NCBI GenBank assembly: GCA_019751635.1
Contig: JAIENC010000217.1
Span: forward strand, 1 to 32,000
From: Mycobacteriaceae bacterium
GTDB taxonomy: Bacteria; Actinomycetota; Actinomycetes; Mycobacteriales; Mycobacteriaceae
Direction: 5' to 3'
Length of the DNA: 32,000 nucleotides
Below, piece after piece: positions 25,801 to 32,000 of the stretch. The translations under genes and the position numbers were made by a program. The notes beneath the pieces were generated by a model that worked only from the letters and a program-made list of their open reading frames with translations, was not told the DNA's origin and made no database searches. How positions within the stretch are numbered: position 1 is the stretch's first letter; every line of letters starts with the position of its first letter.

Positions 25801-26452
25801 CTGCCGCCAACTGAGCTTGGGCAGCTTCGACTATGTCGTGTTGGTCGTCAACGTGGGGGTGGTAGTCGAAGACCACCAGCCGAGTCGGCGCATGACCGGT
25901 ACGGATCAGGTCGACGGCGTCCTGGAGATTGTCGACGCTGACAAAGATCGCCTGGGGCTGGGTTTCGCTGAGGATTGGTTGCAGCTGAGTGTGCGACGCG
26001 CTGGTCTGGAGTGGGACACAGACGGCGCTGACCCGAATCAACGCCAACTCAATCACGGTGTAATCGATGCTGCTGAAGCCGAGAATCCCGACTCGATCCC
26101 TGGCCTGGATCGGCGGCACCGCCGACGGGTCGGACCAGCTCAAAGCGCCGGCGAGCGCGCTGGCGCGTGCCCAAAGTTCGCCATAGGTGATGGTCTGGAA
26201 CGCGGGCAGCAACTCCCTGGATGTGCGGCCGGTGATGGGATCTTGCCTGAATCGGACAACACGTTGACCGAGTGCGGGTCGATCGGCGTACCCCTCCAGC
26301 ACAGTTGCGACTATCTGCGGCAACCGCAACCCAGGTTGTGCCGCCGCGGTGGTGACAGTGGGGCTGGCCGCGGCGGCGGCGAACTGAGGATCGTGAGCGT
26401 AGAGATCGGCGATGCGGCGCTCAAGACGCTGCTCACGGGTAGTACTCGACAT
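22895..26452 (-). CDS. fadD9: Carboxylic acid reductase (adenylation domain, carrier domain, terminal NAD(P)H reductase domain; FadD9/Rv2590 type)
   Basis: I chose the ATG at 26452 (MSSTTREQRLERRIADLYAHDPQF), giving 1185 aa. A-domain motif LLYTSGSTGAPKGA. Carrier motif FTDLGGDSLSA. R-domain Rossmann motif LLTGVTGFLGRYL and YANSKW. Confidence 0.92.
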   Translation of the reverse strand: MSSTTREQRLERRIADLYAHDPQFAAAAASPTVTTAAAQPGLRLPQIVATVLEGYADRPALGQRVVRFRQDPITGRTSRELLPAFQTITYGELWARASALAGALSWSDPSAVPPIQARDRVGILGFSSIDYTVIELALIRVSAVCVPLQTSASHTQLQPILSETQPQAIFVSVDNLQDAVDLIRTGHAPTRLVVFDYHPHVDDQHDIVEAAQAQLAAAGIPIVLETLTQLLEQGKTLPAPPLVAADDADDTQDELALLLYTSGSTGAPKGAIYPESHVANFWVRKNDDNFFTQNGEPAITLSFMPMSHLLGRGTLFGTLSRGGTTYFAATSDLSTFLDDLALVRPTEMNFVPRVWEMLFEEFHNRLDRAASEAQLLTELREQLLGGRCVRAMTGSAPISAEIRTWVESLLDMHLVEGYGSTEAGVVIIDGQVQRPHVTDYKLVDVPELGYFGTDQPHPRGELLVKTEGLFPGYYQRPEVNAEVFDADGYYRTGDVVAEVGPDQVVYLDRRNNVVKLAQGEFVTLANLEAVFSSSPLIRQIYLYGDSTRAYLLAVVVPTDKALARWPLPELKPLINQSLQDIAKSAGLQSYEIPRDFVIETESFTLENGLLTGIRKLARPKLKQRYGDRLNQLYAELARTRSAELHALRHSCRDLPVLETVSRAAAAMLGATASDLTATVGPDAHFTDLGGDSLSALTFANLLHELLDVEVPVNVIVSPANDLRAIADYITNRIESSHDGGPPRATFAEVHGAHANEIHASDLRLDKFLDAATLAGAARLADPSPQIRTVLLTGVTGFLGRYLMLEWLERLAPVDGRLICLVRAKSNPDAQHRLDQTFDSGDPELLQHYHELAAGHHEVLAADLSEANLGLDPQTWQRLADTVDLIVHPAALVNHVLPYSELFGPNVVGTAELIRIALTSRRKPFIYLSTVGVGDQIKPGEFTEDADIRIASPRRTVDASTASYANGYANSKWAGEVLLRAANDMCGLPVAVFRCDMILADTTYRGQLNLPDMFTRLMLSLVATGLAPGSFYERAADGSRQPAHYDGLPVEFVAEAVSTLGTQLSDEFCTYHVMNPHDDGIGLDEFVDWLIEAGYPIQRIADYQQWLQRFEAAIQALPDAQRRYSLLPLLHNYRKPATPVCGALAPTNRFRAAIQDAKISPDKDIPHISAPIIVKYATDLQLLGLL

Positions 26453-26560
26453 GGCAGCACCTTCTGGCAGGCAAACGCCAAAGCTTGGCGACGTGCGGTT
26501 GCATCCGTATGTGTTGCGATACGCAACAGCCAACTGTATCCAGGAAGCCTTGCCCATTCA

Positions 26561-26592
26561 CACGCTCCAGTGAGAAAACTCACTGGAGCGTG
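26561..26592 (-). terminator. Perfect stem-loop immediately downstream of gabT (I-shaped intrinsic terminator candidate)
   Basis: CACGCTCCAGTGAG-AAAA-CTCACTGGAGCGTG forms a 14-bp perfect stem with a 4-nt loop. It starts 19 nt after the gabT stop and has no clear U-tract. Confidence 0.6.
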
Positions 26593-26610
26593 GCCGCGCC
26601 GGGTAATGCT

Positions 26611-27951
26611 CTACGCGTCTGCCAGCGCTTGGGCGATCACCTCGAGGCCTTCGAGCAGCAGTTCGTCGCTGATGGTCAGTGCTGGCAGTAACCGGATGAC
26701 GTTTCCGAACGTTCCGCACGTCAGCACGATGACGCCAGCGGCATGGCAGGCGGCGGCCAGTTTTGCGGTCAGCGCGGAGTCGGGGTCGGCGGTACCCGAT
26801 TTCACCAGTTCACAAGCGATCATTGCGCCACGGCCACGCACGTCGCCGATCCGATCGTCATCGGACTGCAGCCGCATCAGCCGGCTCTTGAGTAAGCGTT
26901 CGATCTGCTGTGCTCGGGCGATCAGCCCATCGGATTCGATGGTTTCGATAGTTGCCAACGCCGCCACGCAGGCCAGCGGGTTACCCCCGTAGGTGCCGCC
27001 GAGGCCGCCGACATGGGGCGAATCCATGATCTCGGCGCGGCCGGTCACCGCCGACAACGGCAGTCCGTCGGCGATGCCCTTGGCGATGCAGATCAGATCG
27101 GGCTCGATGCCTTCGTGTTCGCAGGCGAACATCGCTCCAGTGCGGGCGAATCCGCTTTGCACCTCGTCGGCGATGAACACCACACTGTTTTTGCGGCACC
27201 ACTCCAGCAGGGTCGGCAGAAAGCCTTCCGCAGGGACAATGAAACCGCCTTCGCCCTGAATTGGTTCGATGATGAGTGCCGCCAGATTGGCGGAGCCAAC
27301 CTGGCTCGTGATCATGTCGATGGTGCGGGCGGCCGCGCGTTCACCGTCAGTGGCTAAAGATTTGTCGAGCAGCCCATCCCGGTACGGGTATGACAACGGG
27401 GCACGGTAGATGTCTGGAGTGAACGACCCGAAGCCGCTTTTGTAGGGCATGGATTTCGCGGTCAGGGCCATCGTCAGGTTAGTACGACCATGATATGCGT
27501 GGTCGAATGCCACGACAGCGGATTTTCCGGTGTGATGGCGGGCGATCTTGACGGCGTTTTCGACGGCTTCTGCGCCGGAGTTGAACAGCACCGACCGTTT
27601 TTCCCCCGAACCTGGGGTGATCCGGTTGAGCTGTTCGGCGACGGCGACGTACTCCTCGTACGGGGTCACCATGAATGAGGTGTGGGTAAAATCACCAGCT
27701 TGGGCGCGTACCGCTTCGACGACGCGGGGAGCGGAGTTGCCGATGGTGGTCACCGCGATACCGGAACCCAAGTCGATGAACCGGTTGCCGTCGACGTCTT
27801 CGAGGATGCCGTCGCTGGCTCGCGCGACGTACACCGGCATGGTGCTGCCAACTCCTCGCGCCACCGATGAGGTCCGGCGCAGGGACAGTTTCACCGACGT
27901 GGGGCCGGGGATTTCCGTGCGGATGAGCCGACTCTGCTCGAGGCTGGGCAC
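26611..27951 (-). CDS. gabT: 4-aminobutyrate aminotransferase (class III PLP aminotransferase)
   Basis: GTG start with AAGGAG 5 nt upstream. IADEVQSGFARTGAMFACEHEG and the PLP-lysine context ICIAKGIADGLPLSAV. It appears collinear with my recollection of Rv2589. Confidence 0.94.
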   Translation of the reverse strand: MPSLEQSRLIRTEIPGPTSVKLSLRRTSSVARGVGSTMPVYVARASDGILEDVDGNRFIDLGSGIAVTTIGNSAPRVVEAVRAQAGDFTHTSFMVTPYEEYVAVAEQLNRITPGSGEKRSVLFNSGAEAVENAVKIARHHTGKSAVVAFDHAYHGRTNLTMALTAKSMPYKSGFGSFTPDIYRAPLSYPYRDGLLDKSLATDGERAAARTIDMITSQVGSANLAALIIEPIQGEGGFIVPAEGFLPTLLEWCRKNSVVFIADEVQSGFARTGAMFACEHEGIEPDLICIAKGIADGLPLSAVTGRAEIMDSPHVGGLGGTYGGNPLACVAALATIETIESDGLIARAQQIERLLKSRLMRLQSDDDRIGDVRGRGAMIACELVKSGTADPDSALTAKLAAACHAAGVIVLTCGTFGNVIRLLPALTISDELLLEGLEVIAQALADA

Positions 27952-28102
27952 CGCTGCTCCTTACTGCTTTAGCGCGGCGCGGGGGTCACGTCGCGGCTAC
28001 AGCCTATCGACACGTTGATGGGTTCAGACCGACAGCTGCCAGACTAAAGGGCACAAGCCATCCCTACGGGCTCTGCAAACTACCCAAAGATAGGCGCGCG
28101 AC

Positions 28103-28462
28103 ATGGAAAATCTGGTCTTGTTTTTACCGTTTCTGATCGTCATGGGTGCGTTCATGTATTTCGCATCCCGTCGGCAGCGGCGCGCCATGCAAGCCACGCT
28201 CGACCTCCACGAATCGCTGGAGGTAGGCGACCGGGTGCACACCACGTCCGGCCTGCAGGCCACCATTGTTGAGATCACCGATGACACCGTTGATCTGCAG
28301 ATCGCGCCTGGGGTGGTCACAACCTGGATGAAGCTGGCGGTCCGGGATCGAATCGACCCAGACCTCGACAGCGACGATCGTGATGGCACGGATACGTCAT
28401 TGGATGAACTCACCCAATCGGCGCCGGCCAGTGGCCCCAGCAGTGCTAGCACCGACCTGTGA
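28103..28462 (+). CDS. yajC: Preprotein translocase accessory subunit YajC
   Basis: MENLVLFLPFLIVMGAFMYFASRRQRRAMQ (single TM helix plus the basic stretch typical of YajC). Position directly upstream of secDF. Confidence 0.88.
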   Translation: MENLVLFLPFLIVMGAFMYFASRRQRRAMQATLDLHESLEVGDRVHTTSGLQATIVEITDDTVDLQIAPGVVTTWMKLAVRDRIDPDLDSDDRDGTDTSLDELTQSAPASGPSSASTDL

Positions 28463-28518
28463 GCTGGCGGCTTTAGGCTCTACCGGTACAGATCGATTCT
28501 CGAGGAGAACCAAACAAC

Positions 28519-30213
28519 GTGGGATCGTCGTCGGCGCCCGTGCATCCTGCCCGCTATTTGTCAGCGTTTGCGGTCTTGCTCGTCGGCGTCTATCTGCTGG
28601 TCTGTCTGACCGGTGACAAGCGAGTTGCCCCCAAACTCGGCATCGACTTGCAGGGCGGGACTCGCGTCACCTTAACTGCACGCACGCCCGACGGTTCGGC
28701 TCCTACCCGGGAAGCCTTGTCGGAAGCCCAGCAGATCATCAGCGCCCGGGTCAACGGGTTGGGGGTTTCGGGCTCAGAAGTTGTGGTCGATGGGGACAAC
28801 CTGGTGATCACGGTGCCCGGTAATGACGGCAATGAAGCGCGTAGCCTCGGGCAGACGGCCCGGCTGTATATCCGACCGGTTATCCACGCGATACCGGTGC
28901 AAGCGGCTCCGCCGCCGGATGCTGAACAGCCGCAGCAGCAGCCGCGCGAAGCGCCGCCGGCTGGCCAACCGCCGCTGGCTCCGGAAGCGCCGCCGCCGCC
29001 CCAGCCACGGCCTTACCCGTTGGACCCGCAGCCGGGCCCGGCGGACCCACAGCCTGCGCCGTTGGACCCGCAGCCGGCGCCGCCGGACCCGCGAAAAGAT
29101 CTCGCCGAACGTATCGCTTCGGAGAAGAAGCTGCGGCAGAGCACCAAGCAGGGCGTTCAGTGGCTTGCCCTGCAGTATCAAGCCTCCCGCTGCGACAAAG
29201 AAGACATCCTTGCCGGCAACGATGATCCGAACTTGCCCCTGGTGACCTGCTCTACGGATCATCAGACTGCGTATCTACTGGCGCCGTCGATCATCAGCGG
29301 TGACCAAATCCAAAACGCCACATCTGATCTTGATCAACGCTCCGGCGCCTATGTGGTGGACGTGCAGTTCAAGGGCCCGGCGGCAACTACCTGGGCTGAT
29401 TACACCGCTGCCCATGTCGGCAGCCAGACCGCCTTCACCTTGGACTCCCAGGTGGTCAGTGCACCGCAAATCCGGGAAGCAATCCCCGGTGGCCGGACTC
29501 AAATCAGTGGCGGGAATCCCGCGTTCACCTCGGCGTCAGCCCGGCAGCTGGCCAATATCTTGAAATACGGTTCCCTGCCGTTGTCGTTTGAGTCATCGCA
29601 AGCTGAAACTGTCTCTGCCACCTTGGGATTGACGTCGTTGCGGGCCGGCTTGGTAGCTGGTGGGATCGGTCTGCTCTTGGTACTGGTGTACTCGCTGCTG
29701 TACTACCGTGCGCTAGGTGTGCTCACCGCATTGTCGTTGATTTCTTCGGGGGCAATGGTTTTCGCTGCTTTGGTGCTTTTAGGCCGGTATATCAACTACA
29801 CCCTGGACCTTGCCGGCATCGCGGGTCTGATTATCGGGATCGGCACTACTGTTGATTCGTTTGTGGTGTTCTTCGAACGCATCAAAGATGAGATCCGTGA
29901 AGGCCGGTCATTCCGGTCAGCGGTTCCGCGCGGCTGGGCACGTGCCCGCAAAACGATTTTGTCAGGCAATGCCGTCACATTCTTGGCTGCGGCGGTGCTG
30001 TATTTCTTGGCGATCGGTCAGGTCAGGGGATTTGCGTTCACCTTGGGGCTGACCACGATGTTGGACACGGTCGTGGTGTTTTTAGTGACCTGGCCGCTGG
30101 TATTTCTGGCGTCCAAATCGGCAACGTTTGCTAAGCCGTCGTTCAATGGTTTGGGTGCGGTTCAACGGGTTGCCCGCGAGCGGCGTGCGATGGCCCAGCT
30201 AGGACAGGGATAG
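28519..30213 (+). CDS. secD: Protein translocase subunit SecD (with a mycobacterial proline-rich insertion)
   Basis: GTG start. [14 protein letters not shown], the periplasmic head domain, and the C-terminal 6-TM bundle with [18 protein letters not shown]. Confidence 0.95.
   Translation: MGSSSAPVHPARYLSAFAVLLVGVYLLVCLTGDKRVAPKLGIDLQGGTRVTLTARTPDGSAPTREALSEAQQIISARVNGLGVSGSEVVVDGDNLVITVPGNDGNEARSLGQTARLYIRPVIHAIPVQAAPPPDAEQPQQQPREAPPAGQPPLAPEAPPPPQPRPYPLDPQPGPADPQPAPLDPQPAPPDPRKDLAERIASEKKLRQSTKQGVQWLALQYQASRCDKEDILAGNDDPNLPLVTCSTDHQTAYLLAPSIISGDQIQNATSDLDQRSGAYVVDVQFKGPAATTWADYTAAHVGSQTAFTLDSQVVSAPQIREAIPGGRTQISGGNPAFTSASARQLANILKYGSLPLSFESSQAETVSATLGLTSLRAGLVAGGIGLLLVLVYSLLYYRALGVLTALSLISSGAMVFAALVLLGRYINYTLDLAGIAGLIIGIGTTVDSFVVFFERIKDEIREGRSFRSAVPRGWARARKTILSGNAVTFLAAAVLYFLAIGQVRGFAFTLGLTTMLDTVVVFLVTWPLVFLASKSATFAKPSFNGLGAVQRVARERRAMAQLGQG
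28904..29092 (+). repeat. Proline-rich low-complexity coding tract in secD containing a 19-bp perfect direct repeat
   Basis: Encodes [81 protein letters not shown] occurs at 29017-29035 and again at 29059-29077. Confidence 0.85.
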
Positions 30214-30217
30214 CGAG

Positions 30218-31453
30218 ATGGCTTCCGAAGCAAACGTTGATCTAGCCCTCGACAATGATCTGGCTGCCCCGCCGCTAGCGCAACATCATTTTTTCAACCG
30301 TCTCTACACCGGCACCGGTGCGTTCGAGGTAGTTGGGCGGCGCCGGCTGTGGTACGGCATTAGCGCGGTAATCGTCGCGATCGCGCTGGTAAGCATCCTG
30401 ACGCGTGGATTCACCTTCGGCATCGACTTCAAAGGCGGTACCACCGTATCGATGCCTCGCGGGGATGCCCAAGTTGCCCAGGTGACCGACGCCTTCCGGC
30501 ACACGCTGGAGGTTGATCCCGAGTCGGTGGTGATTGTCGGCAAGGGGTCGGCGTCGACGGTGCAGATTCGTGCTGAAACGCTCTCTAATGAGCAGGCCAG
30601 CAAGCTGCGCAACGCGCTGTTTGAGGCCTTCAAGCCGATTGGCGCCGACGGCAAACCCAGTAAGCAGGCCATCAGCGACTCGGCGGTATCGGCTTCCTGG
30701 GGTGGTCAGATCACCAAGAAGGCGGTTATCGCCCTGGTGGTGTTCTTGGTGCTGGTCGGCCTCTATATCGCGGTGCGCTACGAACGCTATATGGCCGTTT
30801 CTGCGCTAGCGGCCATGTTTTTCGACGTGACCGTTACCGCCGGGGTGTATTCGCTGGTTGGTTTTGAGGTCACCCCGGCCACGGTGATCGGCTTGTTGAC
30901 CATTCTCGGTTTCTCCCTCTATGACACGGTCATCGTGTTTGACAAGGTCGAGGAGAACACCCACGGTTTTCAGCACACCACCCGCCGCACGTTCGCTGAG
31001 CAGGCTAATTTGGCGATCAACCAGACTTTCATGCGCTCGATCAACACCAGTCTGATCTCGGTGTTGCCCGTGATTGCTTTGCTGGTGGTGGCGGTGTGGC
31101 TGCTGGGCGTGGGTACTCTCAAAGATCTTGCGCTAGTCCAGCTGATCGGCATTCTGGTTGGTACGTATTCGTCGATTTTCTTCGCTACTCCGTTGCTGGT
31201 TAGTCTGCGCGAACGCACCGAGCTGGTGCGTAGCCACACCCGTAGGGTGCATCGGCGGCGCAATCAGGTGCCCGACTCTGATCCCACCGAGTTAGCCAAC
31301 TCAACCAGCTCGGTGCGCTCTGCTCGCGACGTTGCGGCCGGGGCGGACTCGCCGGTGGTGGCTAACAAGCCGGCGCCGGGTGTCCGACCGGTACGTTCGG
31401 GCACCCGGCGCCGTGGGAGGCCAACCGGCAAGCGAAACGCCGGCCAGCGGTAG
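30218..31453 (+). CDS. secF: Protein translocase subunit SecF (with a basic/proline-rich C-terminal tail)
   Basis: The ATG lies 4 nt after the secD stop. FGIDFKGGT, LYDTVIVFDKVEEN and the 6-TM pattern are present. Confidence 0.95.
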   Translation: MASEANVDLALDNDLAAPPLAQHHFFNRLYTGTGAFEVVGRRRLWYGISAVIVAIALVSILTRGFTFGIDFKGGTTVSMPRGDAQVAQVTDAFRHTLEVDPESVVIVGKGSASTVQIRAETLSNEQASKLRNALFEAFKPIGADGKPSKQAISDSAVSASWGGQITKKAVIALVVFLVLVGLYIAVRYERYMAVSALAAMFFDVTVTAGVYSLVGFEVTPATVIGLLTILGFSLYDTVIVFDKVEENTHGFQHTTRRTFAEQANLAINQTFMRSINTSLISVLPVIALLVVAVWLLGVGTLKDLALVQLIGILVGTYSSIFFATPLLVSLRERTELVRSHTRRVHRRRNQVPDSDPTELANSTSSVRSARDVAAGADSPVVANKPAPGVRPVRSGTRRRGRPTGKRNAGQR

Positions 31454-31461
31454 CTCTGGCG

Positions 31462-32000
31462 ATGGCGGCTTGGCGGGCCAAGACGTGCGCCAACCTGGTG
31501 GCGTTGGTGGGGATCCTGCTGGCGAGCGTGCCGGGATGTTCTGCTGGCACGGTCGATCACATCGAGTATGTGGTTGACGGCGCGCTCACCACGTACAACA
31601 CCAACACCATTAGCGGTGCGGCCTCCGCTGGGGCGCAGGCTTTTGCTCGTACGCTCACCGGTTTCGGTTATCACGGTCCGGATGGTCAGGTGGTTGGTGA
31701 CCATGATTTCGGAACAATCTCGGTGGTTGGCGGCGCACCGCTGGTACTCGATTATCAGATTGACGATAACGCGGTGTACTCCGACGGAAAGCCGGTGACC
31801 TGTGATGATCTGGTGCTGGCTTGGGCGGCTCAGTCCGGACGGTTCGCCGGCTTTGCCGCCGCCAGTCAGGCTGGATATGGGGATATCGCCGCCGTCGAAT
31901 GTGTGGTGGGGCAGAAGAAAGCGCGGGTGTCGTTTGCTCCCGAGCGCAATGTCATCGACTACACCCAGCTTTTTACCGCGACATCGGTGTTGCCCGCCCA
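31462..32000 (+). CDS. Probable lipoprotein, family-5 solute-binding-protein-like (Rv2585c type); 3' end lies outside the window
   Basis: This ORF is not in the supplied track because it has no stop inside the window. I translated it by hand from the ATG at 31462: MAAWRAKTCANLVALVGILLASVPGCSAGTVDHIEYVVDGALTTYNTNT...VTCDDLVLAWAAQSG, with no stop through 31998. It has a signal peptide with a lipobox-like VPGC. Confidence 0.8.
   Translation, partial: MAAWRAKTCANLVALVGILLASVPGCSAGTVDHIEYVVDGALTTYNTNTISGAASAGAQAFARTLTGFGYHGPDGQVVGDHDFGTISVVGGAPLVLDYQIDDNAVYSDGKPVTCDDLVLAWAAQSGRFAGFAAASQAGYGDIAAVECVVGQKKARVSFAPERNVIDYTQLFTATSVLPA

Noticed and set aside
26708-26715. The GAACGTTC palindrome inside gabT.
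   Set aside because: There is zero spacing between the half-sites and it lies within coding sequence. It is not an SOS box and is most likely chance.
25697-26992. A 431-aa plus-strand ORF spanning the car 5' end, the spacer and the gabT 3' end.
   Set aside because: It is antisense to two strongly supported genes and crosses an intergenic hairpin. Its composition is low-complexity and Arg/Gly/Ser-rich, so it is a shadow ORF.

Overview
The window is high-GC actinobacterial chromosome, clearly a Mycobacterium. From about 9.1 kb to the right edge, gene order and protein sequences match my recollection of the M. tuberculosis Rv2614c-to-Rv2585c block, read in reverse orientation. That block contains thrS, a HIT/Ap4A phosphorylase, pgsA1, patA, pimA, an Rv2609c-like gene, a PPE gene, pdxS, tesB2, pdxT, yebC, ruvCAB, car/fadD9, gabT, yajC, secD, secF and a lipoprotein gene. 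It is compact: many starts and stops overlap, and the extra genes that I recall M. tuberculosis carrying between yebC/ruvC and between ruvB/fadD9 are absent. The organism is therefore a related Mycobacterium rather than M. tuberculosis itself.

The left 9 kb does not follow that synteny and looks accessory with a cell-envelope theme. It holds a partial polytopic membrane protein, dedA, a FadD-type acyl-CoA synthetase, a Tat-exported NodB deacetylase and a TylF-family O-methyltransferase on a roughly 1 kb low-GC islet. It also holds a cNMP-binding/GNAT lysine acetyltransferase (Rv0998-type), a signal-peptide-bearing VanX-type M15 dipeptidase apparently co-transcribed with a GAP-like membrane protein, and a hotdog thioesterase.

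Non-coding signals I can support:
- a mycobacterial LexA SOS box upstream of ruvC;
- a perfect 14-bp-stem hairpin after gabT;
- small palindromes in the car leader;
- an 11-bp perfect tandem duplication upstream of thrS;
- NxGxGNxG repeat DNA inside the PPE gene;
- a proline-rich repeat in secD.

I saw no rRNA, tRNA, CRISPR array, transposase, integrase or phage genes. I found no complete, clearly novel multi-gene system. The best leads are the low-GC methyltransferase islet with a Cys-rich small ORF, the exported VanX-like/GAP-like pair, and the apparent loss of the Nudix domain from the fifth gene of the PIM operon. All homology statements rest on motif recognition and memory of the families, not on database searches.
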